Assembly: GCA_013177805.1 (NCBI GenBank)
Contig: JABLXU010000004.1
Location: forward strand, 34,447 to 98,446
Reading direction: 5' to 3'
Length of the DNA stretch: 64,000 bases
Source: Candidatus Omnitrophota bacterium
GTDB lineage: Bacteria > Hinthialibacterota > Hinthialibacteria > Hinthialibacterales > Hinthialibacteraceae
Below the pieces are notes generated by a model, which worked only from the letters and a program-made list of their open reading frames with translations, made no database searches and was not told the DNA's origin. Shown one piece after another: positions 19,143 through 29,719 of this stretch; position 1 is the first letter of the stretch, and every line of letters starts with the position of its first letter. Both the position numbers and the translations under genes were made by a program.

Positions 19143-21583
19143 GGGCAGCCTCGCTTGCGGCGCGCGTACCATTCCACCGAAAGCATCGCGGCCAGCAGAA
19201 AGAAGAAGAGGGGATTATGCCACAGATGCAAGCGGGCGGTTTCGGCGCGGGGATCCGGCGTCCAGGGGATGCGGGAAGCCAGGCTCGCGGTTTGGCCGAT
19301 GGAGATAAACTCACCACCGGTCCGGGAAGCGATCTCTTGCAAGAAAACGGGATCGTATCGTGGATTTTGGAATTCGCTCTCGTCCGGCGCCACCAGAAAC
19401 GCTTCGTCCAGCGATCCCACGGCTTCCCCTTGCTCGTCCGCGGCCTGAACGGAAAGACGGTGCAAGCCGGTTTCCTGGGGTTGAAACTCGCAGGCGTACA
19501 AGCCCGCTTCCTGGATTGATTCCTCTACACCTAACGGGATTTTTCTGCCCGAGGGAGTAGTCACTTCGGCAGTAGTTCGCAGTCCTTCGCGCTCGTTGAA
19601 CCGTGGGTCGCGGATGACCAGATCGAAACGAACTGGTTCCGAGACGAGATAGGCGTCGCGCTTCTCGCGCCAAGCCACCGGCTGGGGCGTCTCGATTACC
19701 AAATGACGGATGACCTGCCGCCACAGCCGCGCGAAGGCCGGATGGTCCTCTCCGGTGTGCATCTGCCAGGGCCAGGTTTCGCCCATGGCCAGCACGGCAC
19801 AGCGTCCATGGCCAAAGCGCTGGATAACGAACAGGGGCTGGTTGTCGAGTTCCGGCGTCTCGCTGCGGCTGCGGGCGTAGACCGCCGCGCCTGGCCGCAC
19901 CAGGGCAAAGGGAACCAAGTTATACAAAAGCGGTAAATCGCCCCAAATCTTTTGATTCGTTTCCGGATCGGGATCCAACGCCCACGCGCCGGAGAGTTCG
20001 CCCTCCCGCGCGGGAACCGCCTGAAACGGATGCGTGGCGCTGAGTTCCTGGAAGAGAGGGTCTGGCGTTGTAGGGATCACGGGCAGCAGGGACGCGATAG
20101 GATGGCCTCCCGGCCGTTCTTCGAGCATCGAATCCCGCCCGGCCAGCACCAGCAAGGATCCGCCCCGCCTGTCCACGAAGGCGCGGGTCAGTTCCAACGG
20201 CTTGGCCTGGAAGAAATGGAGCCCCACGTCGCCCCAGATGATCAGATGGAAGGGAAACAATTCTTCCTCATCCGAAGGATAGCCTTTTTTCAATTCGGAT
20301 TCCGAAGCGCCCAGGCGGAGGTAGATGGGCTCATCGTAACGTCCGAACTGTTCCGCGTCCGTGCCGAAACCTTCGTAGAGCGGATTGGTTAGCGTAGTCT
20401 TACTGCCCCGGTACACGAATTTCCTTTCGGCGGCGGAGATCATGATCAGGCTGGTGAGTTGCAGCTGCTCATCTTCCCGCAAGGCCTCGCGAATGAATTT
20501 GTGCTCCCAGTTGGGCCGGGCGCTGACATAGAGGATGCGGTATTTCTTGGGAGTGTTATCGGCCAGAAAGCGGCGCGAATTGTTTTGCGTCAACCGGTCT
20601 TTACCCGGCGCGCGGATGTCCGTGACGGCGGCGGGGCTGTCTACCGGTCCGGTGGAGGCCAGCCGCACCCGCGCTTCGTACTCCAACCATTCGGGTTTGG
20701 CGGGAATGAATTCCAACCGGACCTGGCTGAGTTGCTCCGGGCCGGTGATGGCCAGCCGCTGGGATTGAACGGTCTTGCCGGACTCGATCACTTCGATTAC
20801 CGCCTCTTCGCCCGCCAGGCCGGTGGCCTCGATGTCCACATTCACCACCACGGGGCTGCGGTCAAAATGCGTCCGGCGCACGGAGAGACGGGTTATCCGG
20901 ATGTCCCGCCACAGTCCTTCATCATCGAGTCCCACAGTGAACACGGGAGGGGTGGCGGATAGTCCGCTCAAGAGATCCGCTTCCGGCAGGGCCGGCTGTT
21001 GGATGCCATCGGAAAACAAAATCACGGCGGTGACCGGGTAGCCGTTCCATTCCCGCAACGCCTGCCGGACCGCGCCCGTGATATCCGAACGGGATTGAGA
21101 AAAACTGAGATCGCCCAGCCGCTCGAGCCGTTCGATCTGTTCGCCGAAACGGTATTGTACCACCTGGTATTTTTTCCGCAGCGCCTCCGTCAGTTCCTTA
21201 TAGACGGTGGTTTCGATCGCCAGCAGGCGTCCGCCGCGCGAGACGCCACCGGCTCCTTCCACACGCATGCTTTGGGAATCGTCGAACAGCAGCAGGACGT
21301 ATTGGTCCGACGGCTGAATCCGGGATCCGGTGACGCAGGGATCGAGCGCTAAAAACAAGGCAAGAAGCACCACGCAGGCCCGCAGTAGGGAAAGGGCCCA
21401 ACGAGGCCGGCGGCGCAAGGGAGAGAGACGCGTCCAGGAATACCACCCGGCGCCCAGGGCGGCGGCCAGCAGCAGCATGAGTCCGGTCTCGAATCCCACC
21501 GGGGAGTTGAATTCAAAATGGACCGCGGCCAAATCGTTCACGCCCGGTCCCGCCAGCCAGTCCAGCCCATTCACAATCGCCAA
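19139..21583 (-). CDS. Large TM protein of the Bat-like cluster (VWA-like / amidotransferase-like folds suspected)
   Basis: 814 aa. N-terminal TM helices are followed by a LLLFDDSQSM MIDAS-like block. It is tightly packed in the operon. Domain identity beyond the VWA-like motif is not certain. Confidence 0.65.
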   Translation of the reverse strand: MAIVNGLDWLAGPGVNDLAAVHFEFNSPVGFETGLMLLLAAALGAGWYSWTRLSPLRRRPRWALSLLRACVVLLALFLALDPCVTGSRIQPSDQYVLLLFDDSQSMRVEGAGGVSRGGRLLAIETTVYKELTEALRKKYQVVQYRFGEQIERLERLGDLSFSQSRSDITGAVRQALREWNGYPVTAVILFSDGIQQPALPEADLLSGLSATPPVFTVGLDDEGLWRDIRITRLSVRRTHFDRSPVVVNVDIEATGLAGEEAVIEVIESGKTVQSQRLAITGPEQLSQVRLEFIPAKPEWLEYEARVRLASTGPVDSPAAVTDIRAPGKDRLTQNNSRRFLADNTPKKYRILYVSARPNWEHKFIREALREDEQLQLTSLIMISAAERKFVYRGSKTTLTNPLYEGFGTDAEQFGRYDEPIYLRLGASESELKKGYPSDEEELFPFHLIIWGDVGLHFFQAKPLELTRAFVDRRGGSLLVLAGRDSMLEERPGGHPIASLLPVIPTTPDPLFQELSATHPFQAVPAREGELSGAWALDPDPETNQKIWGDLPLLYNLVPFALVRPGAAVYARSRSETPELDNQPLFVIQRFGHGRCAVLAMGETWPWQMHTGEDHPAFARLWRQVIRHLVIETPQPVAWREKRDAYLVSEPVRFDLVIRDPRFNEREGLRTTAEVTTPSGRKIPLGVEESIQEAGLYACEFQPQETGLHRLSVQAADEQGEAVGSLDEAFLVAPDESEFQNPRYDPVFLQEIASRTGGEFISIGQTASLASRIPWTPDPRAETARLHLWHNPLFFFLLAAMLSVEWYARRKRGCP

Positions 21584-21613
21584 ACTCCAATATTCCGCTT
21601 CATTTATAATGCC

Positions 21614-24600
21614 TCATTGCCGTGCCGGTTCGGATTCTGAAAGTGCTTTGAAATACTCGGCCACCTGTTTTTGGTACCGGGCAGGAACGCCGCTCTCGCC
21701 ACGCAACACAAACTCCCGCTGAACCAGCCTCCGCTCGATTTCTTCATCGATTCGCGCCGCAGCCTCCACCAAAGGTTGGAACACCAGCCGGGAGATTAAA
21801 TCGTAAATCGGCGGGCGGAGGGAACGACGGTACTCGCCTCGCAGATCTTCCATGGCCTCCCGGATTGCGGCGATCTCCCCGCGGTAGGGACTGTTCTCGG
21901 GCAACAGCGAAGCGGCATCCCGCAAGGTCTCAAGCCACCGCGCCGCGTCTTCGTCCATGAAGCGCCGCAGGTCCCCGGGCGTGCGGGGGAAATCGAATCG
22001 TTCCCAGAAAACGCGGCCGCCGCCCGGCCCGCTGCCGCCATACCCGCGCTGGCCGGATTCGCTCCCTCGCTCTCCGGTGTTCTGGCTGACGCGCGGATTG
22101 CCGTTATCCGGTGGTCCTGGCCGCGCGCCCGATTCTCCGTCCCGCTGTTCTTCTGGTTGCCCCGCCGGTTGGCCCGGAGATTGCCCTCCTTGTTCTCCCG
22201 TTTGCTGCCCCGCTTGTTGTCCGGCTGGTTGCTCCGATAGTTGAGATTGTTCGGATGGGGATGAATTTTGGGATTGCCCTCGGGTGGATGCGGCAGTCTG
22301 GCCTGGCGAGACAGATCCTTCCCGTTCGGCGTTTGGATCTTCACGAGCTCCTCCCTGGGGATCGTTGGTCGTTGCATTATCGGATCTTTGCCTGAGTTGA
22401 CGGGCGGCCGCCGGGACTTCTTCGGTGGCGTCTTCCACCGCGGAAGCACGCCCGGAGGCGGTATTTGGCGTCCCCGTTCCCGAAGTCTCCGCGAGGCCCT
22501 CGCGAGCCGCGTCGTTGGGATCATTCGGGCGGGATTCCTCCATCACCCGGCGCAGCCTTTCCAAGGCCAAGCGCATGCCTTCAAGGTCGTCTCCGATCAG
22601 GAAACCGGAAATTTCTTGCAGTTCTTGCGCCGCTTCGCCGATCCGCTGGGCGATTTTCTCTTCCTGCATGATGGCTGGATCCCAAATGCCGTACCGGATG
22701 AGAGGAAGATTCTTCTCTTTTTCGATCTCTTCCAGGATCTCTTTCTGACTGGTGCGCCGCAGCCAATCCCCCAGTTTTTGCGACAGGAGTTTCTGGCTTT
22801 GCTCCGATCGTTCGGCCAGGTTGCTGACTTCATCCAGAAGGTTTTTGAAGTCCTGCGCCAGTTCTTCCTTTTGCTTCAGGACCTCGTCCTTGGGTTCGTC
22901 CAAGGTTTCATCGAGCGCGGTTTGGGGTGATTCCATTTTTTCCTTGAGTTGTTTCACTTGCTCAAGGATGGCTTGCTCCCGGGCGGAGATTTCGGCCATC
23001 CGCTCTTGGATCTCGTTCATTTTTTGCGCGGCCGCATCCCGTGAATATTGGCGCAGATTCTCTTCCAACTGATTCAGCGCCGATACCGCGCGCGACCCGG
23101 CCGACCGCGCTTCTTGCAACTGGTTCTGTTGGAGGTTTTCCAGACCCCGGTTCATCTGCTCCCGGACATTCTCGAGATTTTGGCGGGCTTCCGCGCTGCC
23201 GGGATTATTCAAGGGGCGCGCAGATAAGTGCTGTTGCAGTTCATCGAGGCGTTCGAGGTTGCGTTGTTCCTCCTCGATCAGTTTTTCCAACCGCCGGCGC
23301 ATCTCTTCCCGCTCTTCCTCCGTTTTCGCGGATGGCTGTTCTGATATCAGCTTGGAGATTTCCTCCTGAATGGTACGCTGGCGCTGGGTCAGTTCCTTGA
23401 TTTTGTTGAGTGATTCATCCGTCTGGGCCAACTCTTCCTGGGGACGCCGTTCTTCTTCGTAGAAGTTGCGGGTACGGTTGAGTTCCAACTCGTTGATCTC
23501 CGGACGGTCCTGTTGCGCCTGTGGTCCACCACCTTGGTTCGCGCTGGCCAGCTGCTCTTGCACCTGGGACCGTTCCGGCTGCATTTTGAGAATCAACTGA
23601 TAAGCGGTTTGTTCATGGCCGGCCGCTTCGGTCAACGCCGCGGCAGGTTCGGGCAGGTTCGCGGTTTCCAAAGCTTTCACGGCCTGGTCCATCGCTTCCA
23701 GCAGACCAGCCCGGTCCGCGGCGGACCCCTCTAACATCGATTCGGCCGACGCGGTCCGTTCGCGCAACCGTTGCTGCGCTTCGATGATCGTGCCGCGTTT
23801 CTCTTGATACTTGGCCTCCTCCAGGGATTTGAAATTCCGGCGCAAATTCCAGGTGGCGATCAGGATTTCCTTCTGGCTGGCCGCGTCTTGACCAGCCCCG
23901 GCGCTTCCGCCACCGGGCTGGTTTTGTCCACCGGATTGATTGGAAATGGCTTCCTCATACAGATGCTTGAACGGGCGGATTTCTAAAAAATAAGGATCGC
24001 CTAGTTCTTCATACGCGTCGCGGCCCGGCTTTTGGTCCTTCGCCCAGACCGTCCAGGTCACGAGATCGCCCGGTTCCACATCCATCTCTTCCAGCATCAA
24101 TTCAAACTGGCCCCGGGCCTGCGTGAGAAGCGCGCCCGTGGACGAATCCGGACGCAACGAAATCCGCACCGGCTCCCGCCCCGCCACTTCGTATTGCAGG
24201 CCGTAATCCGCCAGGCCGTGGTCGTCGGTCACTTCCATTTCGAAGGGGACTTCCTCCAGCATGGTGACGCCCTGGTCGGCACGGGGGAACACGATCTTAA
24301 CTTGGGGCGGCGTGTCGGGCACGGCCTGAATCCCGTACGAAGGATCGTATTCGCTGGCGTCGCCGTTCCGGTCCGTGAGGTGGATCGAGTACGATCCATT
24401 TTCCGTGAGCCCAATTTCCGTGACCCACAATTGTTCGGCGGCCTGGCTCATGGGCAGGCGCTCACCGGTGTTCATCACCAACTCCGCGCTTTGCAGCGGT
24501 TTGTTCACCCAGGCGGAGATCCGCACGCACGTGCCCTCCACGGCGGAGATCGCCCCGCCGTTGGGGACTTCTTTCGGCTCCATTTCCAAGTAATCCGGGT

Positions 24601-25474
24601 AGGTGTAAGTCAGGTCAATCGACTCCACCCGGGGCGGATACCACACGGCGATGCGGTACACATCCGACGATTGGTCACCGTACTGGACCTGGTACTCCAC
24701 ATCGTTCTGGATATTGAGGAACGTGTGATAAAACGCGCCGCGGGAGGGGCTGGGCTCCATCGCATTCGTGTTCCAGGGAGCGTCGCCCTGCCGCCAGCGG
24801 ATGGCAGCCGGATATCCCGGCTGGCCGGGTTGCAGCAACACGGCCTGCTGATCGCCCCGCCGCACCCGCGCGTTGCCCGGCTCGACCGTGAAGCCGGCCG
24901 TGGACCTTACAGTCTCAAGGGATGACTGTTTCCAATGAAATTCAGGTATCCAGGCGCGGTGAAAGAGGGACACAAGCCCAAGCGACAGGAAGAAAAAGCC
25001 CCCCGTGATCAGCACCATTTTGACCAGGGTGTCGGTGTTCAACAAATCGGCGAATGAGATCCGGCGGGTGAATTGTTCGGATTCCTGGAAAAACTGCTCA
25101 ATCATCCAGGCAGAGGAGCCGGAATAGCCCTCCCGTTGAAACTCGACCGCGCTGATGATCCGGTTTTCCAACTCCGGATGGTTCTCCTCGATATACAAGG
25201 CTATGCGTTGGGGGGATATGGGATCGCGCATAGGCCGGTACAGCCAATACCAGACGGCCCAACCTTCGCATGCCAAAAACAGCAGCAGCAGCCATTCCCG
25301 CGAATGCTCCCATCGTTGCGTGGCAAGCAACAAAAGGGAAAACAAGAGGATCAACCCGGCGGTGGCCTGCCCCATCCGGACCAGGCCGCGCAACACCATG
25401 GCGCAAGAGTATTGATCGGCGACCTGCCGGACTGCGGTTTCCAACTTGGTTTTTTCCGGGGAAGTCGATGGCAT
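21614..25474 (-). CDS. Giant membrane-anchored coiled-coil protein (DUF4175-like)
   Basis: 1286 aa. It has N-terminal TM helices and Ig-like middle segments. A very long E/Q/R/L coiled coil follows, then a Q/G/P-rich low-complexity tract. The conserved C-terminus reads ARYQKQVAEYFKAL. Confidence 0.7.
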   Translation of the reverse strand: MPSTSPEKTKLETAVRQVADQYSCAMVLRGLVRMGQATAGLILLFSLLLLATQRWEHSREWLLLLFLACEGWAVWYWLYRPMRDPISPQRIALYIEENHPELENRIISAVEFQREGYSGSSAWMIEQFFQESEQFTRRISFADLLNTDTLVKMVLITGGFFFLSLGLVSLFHRAWIPEFHWKQSSLETVRSTAGFTVEPGNARVRRGDQQAVLLQPGQPGYPAAIRWRQGDAPWNTNAMEPSPSRGAFYHTFLNIQNDVEYQVQYGDQSSDVYRIAVWYPPRVESIDLTYTYPDYLEMEPKEVPNGGAISAVEGTCVRISAWVNKPLQSAELVMNTGERLPMSQAAEQLWVTEIGLTENGSYSIHLTDRNGDASEYDPSYGIQAVPDTPPQVKIVFPRADQGVTMLEEVPFEMEVTDDHGLADYGLQYEVAGREPVRISLRPDSSTGALLTQARGQFELMLEEMDVEPGDLVTWTVWAKDQKPGRDAYEELGDPYFLEIRPFKHLYEEAISNQSGGQNQPGGGSAGAGQDAASQKEILIATWNLRRNFKSLEEAKYQEKRGTIIEAQQRLRERTASAESMLEGSAADRAGLLEAMDQAVKALETANLPEPAAALTEAAGHEQTAYQLILKMQPERSQVQEQLASANQGGGPQAQQDRPEINELELNRTRNFYEEERRPQEELAQTDESLNKIKELTQRQRTIQEEISKLISEQPSAKTEEEREEMRRRLEKLIEEEQRNLERLDELQQHLSARPLNNPGSAEARQNLENVREQMNRGLENLQQNQLQEARSAGSRAVSALNQLEENLRQYSRDAAAQKMNEIQERMAEISAREQAILEQVKQLKEKMESPQTALDETLDEPKDEVLKQKEELAQDFKNLLDEVSNLAERSEQSQKLLSQKLGDWLRRTSQKEILEEIEKEKNLPLIRYGIWDPAIMQEEKIAQRIGEAAQELQEISGFLIGDDLEGMRLALERLRRVMEESRPNDPNDAAREGLAETSGTGTPNTASGRASAVEDATEEVPAAARQLRQRSDNATTNDPQGGAREDPNAEREGSVSPGQTAASTRGQSQNSSPSEQSQLSEQPAGQQAGQQTGEQGGQSPGQPAGQPEEQRDGESGARPGPPDNGNPRVSQNTGERGSESGQRGYGGSGPGGGRVFWERFDFPRTPGDLRRFMDEDAARWLETLRDAASLLPENSPYRGEIAAIREAMEDLRGEYRRSLRPPIYDLISRLVFQPLVEAAARIDEEIERRLVQREFVLRGESGVPARYQKQVAEYFKALSESEPARQ

Positions 25475-25495
25475 GGAATTCGCTCCTTTCCCTGT

Positions 25496-27670
25496 TTACT
25501 GGCTCGATTCGCGGGCCTGCCTCTTCGCTTGTTTCTCTTCCCGCGCGGCCAGCCGGGCGGCGTACCCGCTTTCCACCAGCAGCCCAATCCACAAGAGCAC
25601 CAAAAACGCCCGCCCGAATTCCCGCCGGGTCCTGGTGTTTTCTTCCATGGAAGCCGTTTCGGAACCATTGGCCGTCAGCAATGGGCCCGGAGGACGGGAA
25701 CCCAGCCGGGCAATCAATTCTTCCGGCGGGACACGCGCCGGATTCGATTCCTCCGCCTCCACGTTCACGCTGTCCACGCGCGCCCATTCCGTGAGATTCT
25801 CTGCCCGCCAACGCAGCCATCCCGATTTTTCGAGCCGGATTGGATTTTGGGCAATGGCTTCCGGATCCAACGTGTGCATCGCTTCACTCCCCGGCGGCTG
25901 AATGATCCACGGCTTGGGAGCGGGATGGAGCGAGGGCGGTTCGTTCACGCTCTCACTCACCTGCCATGCGCTTTTTTCTTCCCGTCCGTCCGCGAGATAA
26001 AAGAGCGTTTCGTACAACAAGGGAACAAATTTCGGGCTTTTGGGCAGATTGCTCCATTCCAGGTCTGGGCTGAACGCCCAGAGGATCACACGGCCTTCGC
26101 TCAGAGGGATCTCAACGATCACAGGGTGGTTCTGCCCCGGTGAATCGCCTTCCACCAACGCCAGGATTTTGAGCCCATTCGATCCCGGCGCGGCTTCAAG
26201 GAGAACATGATTATAGAAATGAACCGGCGAGAAATCGTTCAGCTGAGATCCTTGGAACACGCGGAAGATGGGATGCTCGAAGTCGATCCACGAGAGCAAA
26301 TCGAAATGCTCCGGGCTGGTCTCGGAGTGGCGGAAGCCGGCCGACCGCAATCCCAGCGCGGGCAACAGGGACGGGTTCAACGCATTGGGGGACATGGTTT
26401 GATTCAAAAAGAGGAAAATCCGGCCCCCTTGCCGCGCGATGGCCAGAATCCGTTCAGTGGTTTCCTCCGTGAGTCCCTCGAGATCCCCGGCGACGAGAAT
26501 ATCCGTGGCCGATTCGCTTCCTATAGGTTCGTTCTGGAATTCCGATTGGGGGATGAACCGCAACGTCCAGGGCTGGTACTCTGCGGTACTCAGCGCGCGT
26601 TCCAGAAACCAGGCCGCCGGCCAGCGCTTTTCCAGCTGGGGATCCGCGAGGATCACGAGGCGCAACGGCCGGGGCGGATTCCATGTGAAGTACCGCCGGT
26701 TGTCGAGCGCCAAGGTGTCCGCGTCGATTTCGAGCCATCCCTCGTGGATCCGGTCCAGTTTCGCGGGAATGGTGAACGAAACCTGCGTGGCATTACCAGG
26801 TTTTACCGGGATGTGCGCCCGCCTGGCTTCGGTTCCGTCCACGAAAAGCCGGACCGTGCGGGGCTGCTCATCGGCGGCCGACCAGTTTTTGATTTTCCCT
26901 TGGATCCGCAACTCGCCCGCGGGAGTAGGCCGGACAAAAATATCCGTGAGCGCGTAATTCACTCCGCCCGGGGTTCCCACTTCAACAGGAACCAACTCGA
27001 TCCGCGGTGAAAGTTTCCACTCCGAGGACGCTTCCGGCATCCCAACCCGCTGGCAATCGCTGACCAGGTGAATCATCCGCTTGCGATCCGACTTGGCTTG
27101 CTCTGCCAGCAACCAATCTTGGGCCAATTGCAGAGCGGGGAGAAAAGCGGTGCGCGCTTCGGTCAATTGCGCGGATTCAATTGCCTGCCGCGCGCGGAGA
27201 ATCGTGCCGGCCTCGGGATCCGCCGGATTCCGCAGCGGAGCCAGAGGCAACGCATTCTCCGCGAAACCGATGACGCCCACGCGGTCTTGAGAATGGAGCG
27301 AATCGAGAATCGCCAGCGCTTTTTGCTTCGCTTCCGCGAAATGATTCCCAGTACCCATGCTGTACGAGCGATCGAGCAAGAGAACATGCCATTCGGATTC
27401 CCGGGTATCCTGGGCCAAGGCCGGTGTCATAATGCAGGGACGCAGGAACGCGGCCACCAGCCATACGAGCAGCAACATGCGCCATAGCATCAGGAGAACA
27501 TGCTGGACTTTCCGCCGCTCGATGACCTCTTTCCGGGTCCGGGGAACGAACATCAGACTGCTGAAGCGCACGGCTTCCCGCTCGGGCTTGCGGATCCGGT
27601 GGACGATCCAGGGAACCGTCAGCAGCGAAAGTCCGGCCCAAAAAAGAGGCGCAAGGAAGGAAAGTCCCAT
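25496..27670 (-). CDS. BatA-like protein (aerotolerance-regulator N-terminal domain + VWA)
   Basis: The N-terminus MGLSFLAPLFWAGLSLLTVPWIVHRIRKPEREAVRFSSLMFV is typical of BatA_N. The VWA MIDAS block is LLLDRSYSMG. A C-terminal TM is present. The start shares one base with the DUF58 stop (TGATG). Confidence 0.8.
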   Translation of the reverse strand: MGLSFLAPLFWAGLSLLTVPWIVHRIRKPEREAVRFSSLMFVPRTRKEVIERRKVQHVLLMLWRMLLLVWLVAAFLRPCIMTPALAQDTRESEWHVLLLDRSYSMGTGNHFAEAKQKALAILDSLHSQDRVGVIGFAENALPLAPLRNPADPEAGTILRARQAIESAQLTEARTAFLPALQLAQDWLLAEQAKSDRKRMIHLVSDCQRVGMPEASSEWKLSPRIELVPVEVGTPGGVNYALTDIFVRPTPAGELRIQGKIKNWSAADEQPRTVRLFVDGTEARRAHIPVKPGNATQVSFTIPAKLDRIHEGWLEIDADTLALDNRRYFTWNPPRPLRLVILADPQLEKRWPAAWFLERALSTAEYQPWTLRFIPQSEFQNEPIGSESATDILVAGDLEGLTEETTERILAIARQGGRIFLFLNQTMSPNALNPSLLPALGLRSAGFRHSETSPEHFDLLSWIDFEHPIFRVFQGSQLNDFSPVHFYNHVLLEAAPGSNGLKILALVEGDSPGQNHPVIVEIPLSEGRVILWAFSPDLEWSNLPKSPKFVPLLYETLFYLADGREEKSAWQVSESVNEPPSLHPAPKPWIIQPPGSEAMHTLDPEAIAQNPIRLEKSGWLRWRAENLTEWARVDSVNVEAEESNPARVPPEELIARLGSRPPGPLLTANGSETASMEENTRTRREFGRAFLVLLWIGLLVESGYAARLAAREEKQAKRQARESSQ

Positions 27671-28614
27671 CAGCGTCCTCCACTGTGCGGCCGGTTGCGG
27701 CGGGCGCTGGTGGCCATCAACAAGGCGTTCCGCCGCTCGATGAAAAACCGCAACGCGCGGTCGAGTGGTTCGGACGTGACGAATTCCTCGTAATCGGCCT
27801 CAGCCGCCAAACATTCTTGCCGGATGAGCGAAAAGTGCGCGGTCCGGTTCTGGAGATACTCTTCGCGCACCGCCGCGGGCACGACGAATTGTTCGTCTTC
27901 CAATTCGGCGTCGATCAGGGTTACGGCGCGGTCGAAGGGAAATGTCTGCTCGGCCGGATCGCTGATCTGGAAGACGATCAGATCATGTTTCCGTGCCTGG
28001 AGGGATTTCAGGTTTTCCAGCATTTCCCTGGCAGGTTGCAGCAAGTCGGAGATCAGCGCCACCATGCCCCGCGGCTGGATGACATCGCCCAGGTAGCGCA
28101 AGGTCTCGGCCGTGTCGGTGCGATGGGAAGGCCGTTGATTGTCCATCTCGATCAGGAGCCGGTACACCTGCTGAGGCGTGGCCTTGGGGGGGATGTAGGC
28201 GCGGACGGAGTGATCGTACACGATCAAGCCCACGGCGTCCTTTTGCCGGGAGAGGATCATGGCCAGACAGGCGGCCAGCATGCGCGCGTATTGAAACTTG
28301 CTGACCGCGCCGGAGGCGTAGGCCATGGAGGCGCTGGCGTCGAGCAGCAGCGTGCAGCGCAGGTTGGTTTCATCCTGAAATTGCTTCACATGCAAACGGT
28401 CGGTGCGCGCGTAGAGGTCCCAATCCACGAAGCGGGGATCATCCCCCTGCGTGTAAGGCCGGTATTGCGCGAACTCGATCGAAGAGCCGTAGCGCGGGCT
28501 GCGGTGGAAGCCGGCCAGAAAGCCTTCGACCACCCTGCGGGCCAGGAGATGCAGGTCCGTAATTCGGGCCAATTGTTCTGGATCGATGAATTGGAGCGGG
28601 TGGCTCGCGCTCAC
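27670..28614 (-). CDS. DUF58 family protein (MoxR partner, VWA-like)
   Basis: The blocks FAQYRPYTQGDDPRFVDWDLYARTDRLHVKQF and LLLDASASM are hallmarks of DUF58. Confidence 0.85.
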   Translation of the reverse strand: MSASHPLQFIDPEQLARITDLHLLARRVVEGFLAGFHRSPRYGSSIEFAQYRPYTQGDDPRFVDWDLYARTDRLHVKQFQDETNLRCTLLLDASASMAYASGAVSKFQYARMLAACLAMILSRQKDAVGLIVYDHSVRAYIPPKATPQQVYRLLIEMDNQRPSHRTDTAETLRYLGDVIQPRGMVALISDLLQPAREMLENLKSLQARKHDLIVFQISDPAEQTFPFDRAVTLIDAELEDEQFVVPAAVREEYLQNRTAHFSLIRQECLAAEADYEEFVTSEPLDRALRFFIERRNALLMATSARRNRPHSGGR

Positions 28615-28640
28615 GGCCGTCCTCCCGGAACAAAGGTTTT

Positions 28641-29687
28641 TCAGCTCAACCCGGAACGGGGCTCCGGCACAGTTTCGATCAGGCGCGCGATGATGTCTTC
28701 CACGCGGACATGATCGGCATCAGCGCGGAAGTTGGTCAAAATGCGGTGGCGCAATACCGGGCCCGCGACCGCCCGGATGTCGGCGCACGAAACGTGGAAA
28801 TGGCCGTTGAGCAGCGCCCGGGCCTTGGCGGCCAGGATCAGGTTCTGCGAGGCGCGGGTCCCCGCCCCCCAGCTGACCCATTGACGGATGAAATCCGGCG
28901 CGTGGGGTGAATGGGGCCGGCTGGTCTGCGCCAGCTGGACTGCGTAACGCGCGACCGGCCCGGCGATGGGAACCAGCCGCACCAGCCGCGCGAACTGCAG
29001 CATGTCCTCGCCGTTGAAAACCGGCCGGGGCTCATCGTGGTGATCGGACGTGGTCATCGTGGCCACTTGCAGTTCGTCGTCCTCGCCAAGGTAATCGATC
29101 AAAATGTTGAACATGAAGCGGTCCAGCTGCGCCTCGGGCAGCGGGTAGGTCCCCTCCAGTTCGATAGGATTCTGCGTGGCAAAGACGTAGAACGGCGGCG
29201 GCAGGGGCCGGATTTCCCCGGCGACCGTGACTTGTTTCTCTTCCATCGCCTCCAGCAGGGCCGCTTGGGTCTTGGGCGGCGTGCGGTTGATTTCGTCCGC
29301 CAACAGGATATGGGTGAACACCGGCCCGGGGATGAAACGCATCTCGCGCCGCCCACGCGTCGGATCTTCGTCGATAATCTCTGTGCCGATGATGTCCGAG
29401 GGCATCAAGTCCGGCGTGAACTGTATGCGCTTGAACTGCAGGTCCAAAATCCGGGCGAGCGCGCGGATCAGGCGGGTTTTCGCCAATCCCGGCGCGCCGG
29501 TGATCAGGCAGTGGCTGCCGGAAAACAGCACGATGAGCAGCTGCTCGATCACTTCGTTTTGCCCGACGATCACCCGCCGGATTTCCCTCAAGAGTTTTTC
29601 CCGCCCCTCACGCAGCCGGGCCAGGGCTTCTTGTTCGAAAGGGCCTGATTCTCCCGGAACGGCTGGAATGGCCTGGGTTTCGTGCAC
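28641..29687 (-). CDS. MoxR-family AAA+ ATPase
   Basis: Walker A GAPGLAKT and Walker B LLADEINR, followed by TPPKTQAALLEAMEE and FYVFATQNPIE. Confidence 0.9.
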   Translation of the reverse strand: MHETQAIPAVPGESGPFEQEALARLREGREKLLREIRRVIVGQNEVIEQLLIVLFSGSHCLITGAPGLAKTRLIRALARILDLQFKRIQFTPDLMPSDIIGTEIIDEDPTRGRREMRFIPGPVFTHILLADEINRTPPKTQAALLEAMEEKQVTVAGEIRPLPPPFYVFATQNPIELEGTYPLPEAQLDRFMFNILIDYLGEDDELQVATMTTSDHHDEPRPVFNGEDMLQFARLVRLVPIAGPVARYAVQLAQTSRPHSPHAPDFIRQWVSWGAGTRASQNLILAAKARALLNGHFHVSCADIRAVAGPVLRHRILTNFRADADHVRVEDIIARLIETVPEPRSGLS

Positions 29688-29719
29688 GGTCCACCTCGCG
29701 TGTTTTCAAATGGCCGCGG

